A stretch of DNA of 64,000 nucleotides from Flectonema sp. DT1601 (GCA_964019425.1 OZ025803.1:1054001-1118000); one strand, 5' to 3'; numbered from the stretch's first letter, positions 21,222-33,271 are shown. Made by a program: numbers and translations. The notes: generated by a model not told the origin, from the sequence alone.

Positions 21222-21949
21222 TATAAAAAAAAACAAAAAAAAAAAGAATAAACAATGTTATCATTGTTTTTTTTATCGATCGACTATGTCAATCACTTTC
21301 TATTTTCCGTCCTGGTCAAGACGCTAAACTGATTGTTTTTTTTTTTCAAAATTAATAAAAAAGAATATAAAAAAAAACAAAAAAAAAAAGAATAAACAAT
21401 GTTATCATTGTTTTTTTTATCGATCGACTATGTCAATCACTTTCTATTTTCCGTCCTGGTCAAGACGCTAAACTGATTGTTTTTTCTTTAAAATAATAAG
21501 AAGGATTAAAAAAAAAAAAAAAAAAAAAAAGAATAAACAATGTTATCATTGTTTTTTTATCGATCGACTAAACTGATTGTTTTTTTTTTTCAAAATTAAT
21601 AAAAAAGAATATAAAAAAAAACAAAAAAAAAAAGAATAAACAATGTTATCATTGTTTTTTTTTATCGATCGACTATGTCGATTACTTTCTATTTTCCGTC
21701 CTGGTCAAGACGCTAAACTGATTGTTTTTTTTTTTCAAAATTAATAAAAAAGAATATAAAAAAAAACAAAAAAAAAAAGAATAAACAATGTTATCATTGT
21801 TTTTTTTATCGATCGACTATGTCGATCACTTTCTATTTTCCGTCCTGGTCAAGACGCTAAACTGATTGTTTTTTTTTTTCAAAATTAATAAAAAAGAATA
21901 TAAAAAAAAACAAAAAAAAAAAGAATAAACAATGTTATCATTGTTTTTT

Positions 21950-23280
21950 GGGAAAACCTCTAATTCCACGTAAATGTTACTGAAATGTCCGATCTCAACA
22001 TGAAAGTTTCCGAAACGGACAGCTCCACACAAAAAAGTTTCCGAAATGGACAGCTCCACACAAAATAGTTTCCGAAATGGACAGCTCCACACACGAAAGT
22101 TTCCGAAATGGACAGCAAAAAAAAAAAAAAATTTTTGTTGGCAAAATGAATTTTTTTTTTTTTTTTTCTCCGTTGCCTGCACCCAAAAAAACTTTTCGCT
22201 AGTGAACAACTTTTTTTTTCCCGTATAAAATTGCTATGGTAGGTAATTTCATTTTCGCTGTTCAGTAAACGGAAAGGTTTTTCTTTCGCTATTCACTGAA
22301 AGTGATATTCGGATTTTTCGCTGTTCGGTAAGAAAACAAGGTTTTTCTTCGTTCCCAAATACACCGGGATGGCCGAGATGGGTTGGTTCTCAATGAGGGA
22401 AGGAGTAATTTAAGGTAAAGCAAGTGCTGTAATTACAACTAATACGTGCAGGGCCTGAAGCAACCTCTTAGTACTCCTTCAACAGGTGACATAATAATAT
22501 ACACTAGTAGCTCGCTAATCAAGTGAAAGTCAGTAGCGGAGTAGTTCGGCTGATTGAATCTTTAGAAAAGTGTTCCGTGGGCTACTTTCACAGAAACTCC
22601 GAAAGGACAGTACTGTGTGGCTCAGTGAGGTGATCTCAGACTTGAGAACACTAAATGGTTTCGCCACTCCACAGCTATTCATGTCAAGCCCTAGGCCGCT
22701 GATCATGTATACTTGGTTTTTGCGCTCTCATACCTCATCTTGGTTGGTACGACGTGTAGCGGAGACTTGTCTCTGCGTAGGTGACCCGGCCCTGCACACA
22801 TACCGAGCTGTATCACTATTCTAAAGATTCATGATGTTGGATTTCTCTTGTCTCCTATCTGACGCTTGTGATGCACCTCTAGTATTTTAATACACTCTGA
22901 ACTGTATGAGCTGACAAGTCGGGACAAGTGTCTCTACCCGAAATTCGTCCATCCCTATACCCAGGTCACACAGGTTCGGTGTATTTCACTCATCTCGTCG
23001 GATGGCCTTGCCTTATGTAGGAAAAAAATTTTTTTTTGGGAGAAAAAAAAATCCCCATGACTTTGGGCGACCCCGAAATGCACTGGCAGTAAGCTATAAA
23101 AAAAAAAAAAACAGCTGTCCATTTCGGAAACTTTCGTGTGTGGAGCTGTCCGTTTCGGAAACTATTTTGTGTGGAGCTGTCCATTTCGGAAACTTTTTTG
23201 TGTGGAGCTGTCCATTTCGGAAACTTTCATGTTGAGATCGGACATTTCAGAAACTTTTTTGTGGAATTATAGTTTTTCCC
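21950..23280. mobile_element. Non-autonomous MULE/Foldback-like element
   Basis: ~170-bp imperfect TIRs starting GGGAAAA with internal ~30-bp repeats (TTTCCGAAATGGACAGCTCCACAC); 9-bp TSD TTGTTTTTT at 21941-21949 and 23281-23289; a related terminus ends at 20245. Confidence 0.85.
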
Positions 23281-23688
23281 TTGTTTTTTTTATCGATCGA
23301 CTATGTCAATCACTTTATATTTTCCGTCCTGGTCAAGACGCTAAACTGATTGTTTTTTTTTTTTCAAAATTAATAAAAAAAGAATATAAAAAAAAAAAAA
23401 AAAAAAGGAATAAACAATGTTATCATTGTTTTTTTTTTTATCGATCGACTATGTCGATTAATTTCTATTTTCCGTCCTGGTCAAGACGCTAAACTGATTG
23501 TTTTTTCTTTAAAATAATTAAAAGGATTTAAAAAAAAAAAAAAAAAAGAATAAACAATGTTATCATTGTTTTTTTTCTATCGATCGACTATGTCGATTAA
23601 TTTCTATTTTCCGTCCTGATCGAGACGCTAAACTGATTGTTTCCTTTTTTTAAATAATAAATAAAAAAAAAAAAAAAAAATAAAAAAA

Positions 23689-23812
23689 GAGCATTTCCCT
23701 GCTATCCTCATATCCCCACAATAATATTATACCTTTTCATTTTCTCTTTCCTTTTCTGGTCTTTTTTTTTTTTTTTTTTCTTTTTTTTCCTTTTTCATAC
23801 AACGTTTTTTAT

Positions 23813-23846
<34 letters not shown>

Positions 23847-24093
23847 CATGTTTGATTATTTCCTCTTCATATTTTTTTTTTTCTTTTCTTTCTTTTTTTT
23901 TTTTTTCTCTGCCTCTCTCTTAATTCTGTTCGTTTCTTTGAAACGAAAATTCATTTGAATATTATTCCTTGGTCAGCAACCATCATTGTCGCCCTTTGGG
24001 CCTGTTAAAAAAAAAAAAAAAAAAAGAAAGTTTACATCGGGAATAGGGCAGGAGCCAAAAGCTCCCAGTCCGTTACTTCCCACTTTATCGAAA
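23689..24093. repeat. Satellite-terminal module, copy 3
   Basis: Near-identical to 325-732. Confidence 0.9.
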
Positions 24094-24819
24094 CACTGTA
24101 AGCTGTGTGTGTATTTTGTGTTTGTCACAACAGGAGAGAAAAGAAAGAATGTCAAGGTTGGTCACCTTGCCTATCAACGCACAACATTGGTGGTCTCTAC
24201 TAGACCCTGAGTGATCCCACTGGATCTCTCATCGTTCATAGTACCCTGTGTGAAGTTATAAAATCAAAGGTAAACTATGAACTACAAATGACTTAGCCTG
24301 TTATTATAATGCCACAGGCAGGCCCTGCATTCAGCAACTATCCAGCAGTGCTTGGATGTCCTGATCTTCTTCTAAAAAAAGGAAAGAAAGAAAAACAAAA
24401 CTGTAGCTGGGATCACTCAGGATCAACAGACTACCAATGCTACCTGTTGTACTTGCTCACTATGGGGGGTGATGCCAAACACCCAGAAGTACTAAACTGC
24501 TTTCCTTCTTGCTGCCCAGGAGTTTCTGACCAGAACTAATAGAAAATAAAAAGTAGATGGGAAACAATAAAAAGTAAAATGGATATAACTGAAGTTAAAC
24601 AAGACAAATGAAGTAACAGACCAGAACAGAAAGAGAATTGTAATAGAAGATTACAAATAAAAAAATGCAAGTATCAACACATTATCAAGATACACCAGCA
24701 GCTAACAAACAACATAAAATTGAAGATCAGTTGCCAGAGTATTTCAACCATGGTAGAATACTCGCCCCTCTGGCAGGGATTATCCCAGACTTGTCCTTTA
24801 ATTTAGTTGGACACCATGG
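24094..24819 (-). mobile_element. R1 copy, inverted
   Basis: Reverse complement of ~25183-25931. Confidence 0.88.
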
Positions 24820-24847
24820 AAAGAAAATTGTAATAAGTAATAATTTG

Positions 24848-26041
24848 CCTTAAAAGCTGCTAAGTGTTTCTGCTAAGTGTTTCTCACTTAGAATTTTATT
24901 GTTATGTTCGTTTTCTATCCCCTCTTTTATCCCTTTTGTTCAAAAAAAGCGATGAGAAATTTCTCTCATTCATGCTAAGATGCACTCTGAACTTTGATTT
25001 TTTGATCTGAGTGTGAGGGAATGACCTGTTAGTGCATTAGGCATAAGCTGGGTTGCAGTTTAGATGTCTTAGGTGTTAATAAGGGGTTCCTCTTAGCATT
25101 TTTCTTTGTTCCCACCTTATGATTTTCTTGAAGAAAAAAAATAGAAGTCATAATGGTGCTTCCCTCTGGAAGGGTTGTAAGCCATGGTGTCCAACTAAAT
25201 TAAAGGACAAGTCTGGGATAATCCCTGCCAGAGGGGCGAGTATTCTACCATGGTTGAAATACTCTGGCAACTGATCTTCAATTTTATGTTGTTTGTTAGC
25301 TGCTGGTGTATCTTGATCATGTGTTGATACTTGCATTTTTTTTATTTGTAATCTTTCACTACAATCATTCTTGCCTATATCTTTTATTTTTATTCTCTAT
25401 CTGTTCTGGTCTGTTACCTCATTTGTCTTGTTTAACTTCAGTTATATCCATTTTACTTTTTATTATTTCCCATCTACTTTTTATTTTCTATTAGTTCTGG
25501 TCAGAAACTCCTGGGCAGCAAGAAGGAAAGCAGTTTAGTACTTCTGGGTGTTTGGCATCACCCCCCATAGTGAGCAAGTACAACAGGTAGCATTGGTAGT
25601 CTGTTGATCCTGAGTGATCCCAGCTACAGTTTTGTTTTTCTTTCTTTTTTTTAGAAGAAGATCAGGACTTCCAAGCACTGCTGGATAGTTGCTGAATGCA
25701 GGGCCTGCCTGTGGCATTATAATAACAGGCTAAGTCATTTGTAGTTCATAGTTTACCTTTGATTTTATAACTTCACATAGGTACTATGAACGATGAGAGA
25801 TCCAGTGGGATCACTCAGGGTCTAGTAGAGACCACCAATGTTGTGCGTTGATAGGCAAGGTGACCAACCTTGACATTCTTTCTTTTCTCTCCTGTTGTGA
25901 CAAACACAAAATACACACACAGCTTACAGTGTGTTCTTTGTGTATGTTTTCTTCAGGTGTGAGTAGTTTTTTTGTTCTTGCTCTTCAGGGTGGGCCTTAG
26001 CCAAAAGCTAACTGTCCAAATCTCACCTGGAAATTCAACTC
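24848..26041 (+). mobile_element. R1 copy
   Basis: Matches 18167-19335; same 3' end. Confidence 0.88.
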
Positions 26042-27107
26042 ATATAAAAAAAAAAACATATTTCTCTCCCAACAGTACACATAGTTGAATTATGAAATGT
26101 TATCTTTGTAGATACCAGGTTGCGCAAATATCGAAAAATCACGTCACTTAACAGCTTAAATGAGCCAAAAAACACACAAAAACCTGTAGTGGTGGATACT
26201 GGAAATATTATAATTGGTAATTTTTTTTTTTTTCCACACTTTTTTTCCTCACAAAACCAAAAAAAATATCAAAAAGAAACATGCCAAAAATTAAAAAAAA
26301 ATTTTTTTTCAAAAAAAAGCTAAAAAAAGCTAGATAGCTTAGCTTTAGCTCCAAAAAGCTTAGCTTTAGCTTTTAGCTTTTTGCACAAGTATGTTCAGAG
26401 CATGAATTTCGATAAAGTGGGAAGTATAGAACATAGTAGGAAAAGTGGTCAGAATATGTTCCAGGTGCTGCCAGTTACCTTTGGCCCAAATAGTCCTGTA
26501 CTTTTGGCATCCTCTCTATAATATTATGTTATCTATCAAAAAGAATGGCAAATTGGCAACACAAACGGTCGCTGATGAACCAGTAACAAGAGACTGAACT
26601 CACAGAGTCCAATGCGAATTGTGAGAATCAAAAAATACCTGAGCAACCGGAAAAGGCTTAAAAATGAGTGTACTGAACATAAGTTGGCACAGAAAATGAA
26701 ACTTAAAGAAGTACAAAAACATAAATTAGCAAAGGGAAAGGAAAAGAAGAAACTGAAATTGGTGAAAAGACTCAACTCGCAGAGTCCAATGAGACCGATG
26801 CTCAGAAGAAATACTCGAAAGAAGAGAAGCAAACAAGATGAACATGATTCTTCAGATGATATGAGTATTTCACAGAGATCTTCAGCTCCAGATATCCCTG
26901 ATGCTAAGGAACAATTATCAGACTTTGATAATTAAAAACACTTTCTACATTTATTGTAGAAAAGTGCTCCACTAGTAGTGAGCTACGAACTAGCAACAGC
27001 AAAAAATATGTTTTTTTTATTTATGAACATGAAACGCAAAGTAACTACATTCCAGTCCTGCAAACTGGAATGACTCAGTCTCAACATTTGACTGACTTAC
27101 TTCTACA

Positions 27108-27162
27108 CCATACTGATGAGAGAGAATAGAGGTAAGAGGTATATGGATTACTCTCGAAACCT
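27108..27162 (+). ncRNA. Candidate hammerhead ribozyme with rearranged strand order
   Basis: CCATA-CTGATGA-GAGAG...AGGT-A-TATGG-atta-CTCTC-GAAA-CCT; all three stems can form. Confidence 0.55.
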
Positions 27163-28345
27163 ATAGTTACTTTAATATGCTAAGTTGCGCATCACCCTTA
27201 GTCACTGTATTTAAAACTAATGTTAAATTATCTTTATGTTTTTATGATACAACACAGTTGTAATTTTTACAAAATCGAGCATACAACCCCCCCGCGCATT
27301 GAAAAAAAACTGAGGTCAGCCCACAAGGGGGCCAAAATAACTTGAGAAAATGCAATTGCTTTTTTTTAGAAGAGCCGACTTTGTCACAGTCATCGCCTTC
27401 AGCTTCGTCACCTCCTCCTCTGTCATTCTCGGTCGACCCATGTCTCGCACCGACAATATTCCCAGTCCCTCTAGCATTGAGGTCAGTGCCGACTCTTCGT
27501 TGCGGGGGCCTCTGTACCGGTCTTTGCGATGGCTTCTCCATCTTCCCTTTTTTTCACCCACAACTTCTGCAGAAAAGGTGGTACCGATGGCGCCACAAAG
27601 TGCGCATCTTCCATCTCCTGCGCCGCCGTCCAGCCTCCCCCCGTCACTCCTTCTCTCAATATCTCCAAACGGGCGATGTTCTCCTTCACCATGTCCCTGA
27701 TGAGTCGTTCCGCTTCTTCCAGGTTGTCGATGGATTGTAACCTTGCCATCACTGGTGGACGTGCACTAACGATCAGTGCTCGGCGCTTCCTTCCCACCAG
27801 GCGTCCACGTCGATCGGCGCCAGACCGCCCATCAGCGGTCCCCTGGTGATTTCTTCCGGCTGATGATCGGAACCCACTCCGCCGGTCAGGTGGGCTCCGT
27901 CGTTTCCAGTCCTTAGGTTCTGCAACTGATCCTGCAACACTCTAACTCATTCAGCAAAAAAAAACCTGAAGAAAAATACCCTTTACTGTTTTCCTTTTAA
28001 TCTCTTCTGCAGTTCAATTTTTTTTCTTTACAACATCTCTTCTTCATCTGCCATTCAGGCCGATAACTCTGACTGTTATAAACAGTTCATTTTATTTTCT
28101 TTTTTCACAGATTAGGAAAATTCCGAAGCATAGGCACGAACAGCCTATGAAGGCCAGTGAACGTACTGAGTGTTAGACCTTTTCTTTTTTTTCTCTCCAG
28201 ATATACTGCTATTTGCAGTATATCCCTTTGGGCAACATGGGGAGTGCATTGCAGCCTCCAAGGTGATTAACAACACCTCCCATTTGTGAGTTAGCGCTGG
28301 GGAGTCGGCAAGCAAAGTCTCGCGATCTGTTGGGTTAAGTTGCTG

Positions 28346-28841
28346 GGTGAGATTTGGACTGTTAGCTTTTGGCTAGGGCCCTCCCTGAAAAGCAAGAACA
28401 AAAAAACTACTCGCACCGGAAGAAAACATACACAAAGAACACACATACAAGTACATCGCATCGCTTGCTGAACCTCCATCGATCTGCTTCCATCGTCCCT
28501 TGGCAAAAACAGGTAACGGAAAAAAAGCAAGACAAACCTGTTTTAGTTGTGTTGTAATTTTAGCAAAGTATTTGAATAACAGGGAGAGAACAAGTGTTAT
28601 TTTAAAAACAATGTCAGGGAAGACAACGAAAGCGTCGATATCGCTCCAGCAGATGTGAGTACCTGTAAGCTGTGTATTTTGTGTTATGACAAGAGGGAAA
28701 AGAAAGAATGTCAAGGTTGATCACATTGCCTATCAACGCACAACATCGGCGATCTCCGCAAGACCCTGAGCGATCCCGCTGGATCTCTCATCGTTCATAG
28801 TACCTGTGTGAAGTTATAAAATCAAAGGTAAACTATGAACT
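28346..28841 (-). repeat. Diverged, CpG-retaining relative of R1
   Basis: Aligns to the R1 3' region with an extra ~200 bp. Confidence 0.8.
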
Positions 28842-29466
28842 GCTGTTTGGATTACATTTCCTGACTCCGCGGTTGATGCGGCAAGCTGCATTTCTGTAGT
28901 TCCGAGAAGATGATTGTTTGATACTGAGGGCCATCGTGCTTGGTGTTGCTGTCTCGTCTCCAGTTGTCATTGTTGATGAGGCGAAGGGATCAGAGCTCCC
29001 AGAGACAAGTGTTTAATGTCTGCGCTGCACTCAATTCCATTTCTTCTTTAAAATGTTCATACACTTTGGAGTGAGTCAGCACAAAGTACAATCCTGCAGA
29101 TGTACCATCCAAGAAACCCATTTCTTCCTGATCCTGGTGGAACAGGAGCTGGGGGCATTCTTCAACTCGCGTCGGGGTGTTGGTGCCGGTGTCCCGTCAG
29201 GACCTGACACTACCCCAGCGTGAATCTATCTAAGATTAGGATAGGGTCACATGAATGTCCTTAGTATCAGTTCTGCCAGTTGTGCGTATTACTTTATATT
29301 CTTTATTCAGGTGCTGTACAAACATGGAAAGCAAATTACCGAACAAGATCAAGGGCTCAATTATATTTCTTTGAGTTTTTTAAGATCCTAAATTATTTCT
29401 CAATGTTTGTAGGTAGGACTATGTAGTATTTTATTTTTTTCAGGTAAAAAAAGAAATTCATAAATA

Positions 29467-30687
29467 ATGTCGGACAAAGTTATTCCTTTTGGGATGAATT
29501 ACTCCCGGGTGTCACCGTTTGGTAACAGTGCCTCTCACAAGGAATTTAGAAAAGAAATTCGTGAATGGGTAGAGAGAGAGGTTTGTCCGCACATTGATGA
29601 CTGGGAAGAGAACGGAACGATCCCAAGAGAGCTTCATGTTAAAGCAGCGAAGGAACGTTTCTATACTGTCGGTATTCCAAAAGAATTTGGAGGTCATGAC
29701 GATGGTCAATTTGATATGTTTCACAGAATGATTATTTGTGAAGAGCTTGTCCGTTGTGGATCTCTTGGGTTTGCTGCGGCTCTTCTAACCTGGGGGATTG
29801 GCCTCCCTCCAATCTTCAGATGGGGCAGTGACTACTTAAAGCAGAAAGTCGTACCTGCGGTGGCGAACGGATCCAAGTTAATCTGCCTCTGCATCACCGA
29901 ACCTTGGGGTGGTAGCGACGTCGCTGCTGTTCGCACTTCTGCAAAGGAAGAAGGAGATTACTTTATTGTCAGTGGAAACAAAACATTCATCACCACGGGT
30001 TGCCGAGCAGACTACTTCACAGTGGCTGTCCGAACCGGAAGTTCAGGTCTTGGTGGTGTTTCATTGTTGCTTCTCGAGAAGGGAATGCCGGGGATTACAA
30101 CAACACCAATGAAAAAGATGGGTTGGCTCTGTTCTGATACTGCCATTATTACTTTTGATAATGTTAAAGTTCCAAAGAAAAACCTCATCGGACAAAAGAA
30201 TAAGGGATTCTTCTACATTATGCAAAATTTCAACTACGAGCGTATCAGCATGTCTGCTAACTGCGTTGCAGCCAGTCGTGTGTGCATAGAGGAAGCCATC
30301 GCCTACGGCCGCCAGAGAAAAACATTCGGCAAACCGCTGGTTGCAAACCAAGGTATTCGCTGGAAGATCATGGAAGTTATTAAGGAGATTGAAGCAGCTC
30401 AGGCGCTTCTCGATTCGTGCGCCTGGTCACTGGACGAGTCTAACAAGAACAAGTCACACTCTGACCCTCTCTTAATTGCGAAACTTTCAATGCTGAAGTT
30501 AAAGTCAACCCGCGTACTTGAGTACGCAGCGCGTGAGGCCTGCCAAGTCTTGGGAGGAAAGTCATTTATTAGAGGAGGAAGAGCAGGCAAGGTTGAACGT
30601 ATCTACCGTGAAGTGAGAGTTATGGCTATTGGAGGTGGTTCGGAAGAAATTATGCTCGAACTGGCCAGCAGGCAGGCAAAATTATAA
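29467..30687 (+). CDS. Acyl-CoA dehydrogenase
   Basis: CLCITEPWGGSD, GNKTFITTG, R.TFGKPL and RVMAIGGGSEEI motifs. Confidence 0.95.
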   Translation: MSDKVIPFGMNYSRVSPFGNSASHKEFRKEIREWVEREVCPHIDDWEENGTIPRELHVKAAKERFYTVGIPKEFGGHDDGQFDMFHRMIICEELVRCGSLGFAAALLTWGIGLPPIFRWGSDYLKQKVVPAVANGSKLICLCITEPWGGSDVAAVRTSAKEEGDYFIVSGNKTFITTGCRADYFTVAVRTGSSGLGGVSLLLLEKGMPGITTTPMKKMGWLCSDTAIITFDNVKVPKKNLIGQKNKGFFYIMQNFNYERISMSANCVAASRVCIEEAIAYGRQRKTFGKPLVANQGIRWKIMEVIKEIEAAQALLDSCAWSLDESNKNKSHSDPLLIAKLSMLKLKSTRVLEYAAREACQVLGGKSFIRGGRAGKVERIYREVRVMAIGGGSEEIMLELASRQAKL

Positions 30688-31182
30688 AAACCGTTTCATA
30701 AAAGGGAACAACCTTGAAACAAACTTTATAAATCTATTATGTTTATATTGCTCCACGAATTATGGTTAAATCAACCTGGTATGCTGAGCGTGGCAAAACA
30801 AACAAACAAACAAGCAAGCAAACCCAACTCATTGCTAAGACGCGGTCGAATACTATTTGCAGGGCTTGCACACAATGACAGGCTGAAAGCAGACAACCTA
30901 CGTTAATAAAAAGAGAATAAATTGAATCGAACGTATCCATTCAACAGAATGTTCTAAGGTATCCTCGAGGAAGTAGATACATTTACTGAACGTTATAAAG
31001 CAGGTCAATTAGCAATTGGTCACTGCTATTTTCTGTGCATTTTGTTTATCGTTTTCGTTCTTCCTCCTAGGTGCTTTTGCCACACCAACAAAAGTACGTT
31101 GGTGGTTTGATGTGATTTGAGTGTGTTGAAGTTATTTTATCTTCTCATAGTTGAAAAATTATATTTTTTTGTACCGACGTAG

Positions 31183-32470
31183 TCGAAGAAGAAACTATTC
31201 AGATTGAAAGCCGGTAATGATTTATTTTCCCGTGCGACAGGAATTTGTCTGCGTTCAACGAAGTTAATATTCAATCTTGAGGGAATGAACAACATTACTC
31301 CGTCCCCACGTCAGTGCACACCTCTCAGCTTCTCCTTGATAAATATAAGTGAACGTGTCTTCGGGTTGGACTTTGTGATTCCAGTTACCTCTATTACCTT
31401 AAGCGGTTCTGAAGCCTTTATCGGATTCTCTCTTACTACTAGGGATATTAAAGTTGAAATAAAAGTTGTATTAAGACTGGCGATTAAGCTAAATTACTTT
31501 TAGCTGAGGCCCGGGTCTAACTGCTCTTGCTGAACTTTAAATTTTTCTCCCGTCGGCTTTCGACTAAATCTACTGCCCCTTGGGCAACTCCTGCCGTGTC
31601 TCGGAAGCATGAAAGGATCACACTTACAGCTGTTGGTAAACACAAAAAAACAACGCTCCAATAGCTAAAATACCCGTTCCTGAGGCACCGAGTAATCTTA
31701 TCCACCACGGTTCATGGACATTCATTGCACAGCACATGAACCCTGGTGCTCTGAGTAAACGAATCCACCAGACACAGACTGCTTAAACTGTGAAAACTAC
31801 CTCATTTGTGCCACCGAAATATTTTGAGTTAGGCTTCCCTATCAAAGTATAGTTTGCCCTCCCGAGGTCTGGGCGTGACTGCCCCGGGACAAACCTCCAT
31901 CCAAACTACTAAATTGTATTTCACCAGAACCTCACCGCGTTTTAGCATAAAAACAACTTTGCCCAACTCCTTCCTCAACACCCACTATTCTTCAACAATT
32001 CGCTTGATTGTTGTATTTGCAATTGAACCAACTACTGATTCTGAGCTAACAACGACATCATCTGCTGCATTATGTCGTTGTTACTCGGTTGCGATGTGTA
32101 TTGTTGTTGTGCGCACTGCGTAATGACATTAATGTCATCCTTGCCCTATTTTTTCAACCCCCGAATTTCTTTGTCTATTTGACATTCGATTTTCTTTGCC
32201 CATTCATCCCAATAGACATTTTCAAACACATCTCACGGAAAATCAAAGGTCTCGTCTGGACCATGTGATGATGCACACCCCTTAGCAAGCTTGTCGATTT
32301 TGACAGCGTTACTCTCCCCAAACAGAGTCTGCACTGCCAGTCACTATCGGCTTAATGTTTATCTGATAACGATGAAGATTGACCCCTGTGTCATCGTCCG
32401 TCGCGCCCTGTGTCAACCTACAGATGCGTTCAACGAAATATAAGGCTAATCTGAATGGTTTCTTCTTTGA
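31183..32470. mobile_element. TIR-bearing dispersed element; shorter copy at 54363-54895
   Basis: Imperfect 23-bp IR TCGAAGAAGAAACTATTCAGATT / AATCTGAATGGTTTCTTCTTTGA; ~350 bp near-identical to the second copy. Confidence 0.65.
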
Positions 32471-32541
32471 AGTTCTATTCCTCCTTTTGAGGAAATTGCA
32501 ATTATGATTTTTCTAAGCAGTCCTTCTTATGTTTAAATGAA

Positions 32542-33174
32542 ATGTCCGGAACTGTGAGTCAGCTTCTCGATGAGTTGGGACGAGATGTAATTTTACCGCC
32601 AGAGACCTCACCGCGCACGGTGAATGAGATGACAGCAATGCGCCATCAGTTGTCGGGACAACCACCACCGTTCGCTACGTTAACAGAAGTTATTAATAAA
32701 AATGCAGGTGGTGAATTAACAAACGACAATGTTAGTGAAGGTACCAAAGTTAACATAAAAAAAGTTGTAGATCAACAACTGGGTGCATCCTTTGACAAGT
32801 ATGGAACTTTATTACGAGTTAGGAATAGTTCACCAGCTTACATTAGTGGGTTGGGATCAATGATTGGCTTCAGACTTTTATGTGTAAATGATGAACCCTT
32901 TTCTTATATGTCTTCTTTTGATGTAATCAGACGATCCTCGAATGTGAGCCTTGAGCTCATCTCCCCCCTCCGCCCGGTGTCGCTTTCTAAAAGTTGGGAA
33001 ATATTTATAATTTCAATAAATAATTTGAACATAAAATTTGAAGATGTCATTGATGCGTCCCCCGATGACAGAATCTCAATAATAAAAGAAGTAATGCCTG
33101 ACAGCGCTGTATTGAGAGCCCAGGTGAATACAAAATGGACACACTCACAAAGGAGTAGGAGACCTACTCAGTGA
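32542..33174 (+). CDS. Hypothetical protein with PDZ-like segment
   Basis: LGASF...LLRVRNSSPAYISGL...IGFRLLCVNDEP resembles a PDZ fold. Confidence 0.6.
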   Translation: MSGTVSQLLDELGRDVILPPETSPRTVNEMTAMRHQLSGQPPPFATLTEVINKNAGGELTNDNVSEGTKVNIKKVVDQQLGASFDKYGTLLRVRNSSPAYISGLGSMIGFRLLCVNDEPFSYMSSFDVIRRSSNVSLELISPLRPVSLSKSWEIFIISINNLNIKFEDVIDASPDDRISIIKEVMPDSAVLRAQVNTKWTHSQRSRRPTQ

Positions 33175-33271
33175 TCACGTCATTTCTTACTGTTTGTACT
33201 ATTTGATGAATTTTGATCTCGTTGGCATTTTATTATTCTTACGGAATAGTTATTTATTCTCTGTCAGTTAG

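Larger units (their letters stand above)
20246..23640. repeat. Satellite array, ~145-150-bp monomer form, interrupted by two transposons
   Basis: Long subunit only, in tandem. Confidence 0.93.

Noticed and set aside
22570..22824. VISDLRTLNGF in the MULE interior as a captured RT fragment
   Set aside because: A single short motif with no other RT motifs; needs a profile search
26320..26393. AGCT-rich repeats ending TGCACAAGTATG as a hAT-like terminus
   Set aside because: No partner end or TSD found
27242..27930. GC-rich overlapping ORFs, possibly a frameshifted gag-like remnant
   Set aside because: No motif I can assign
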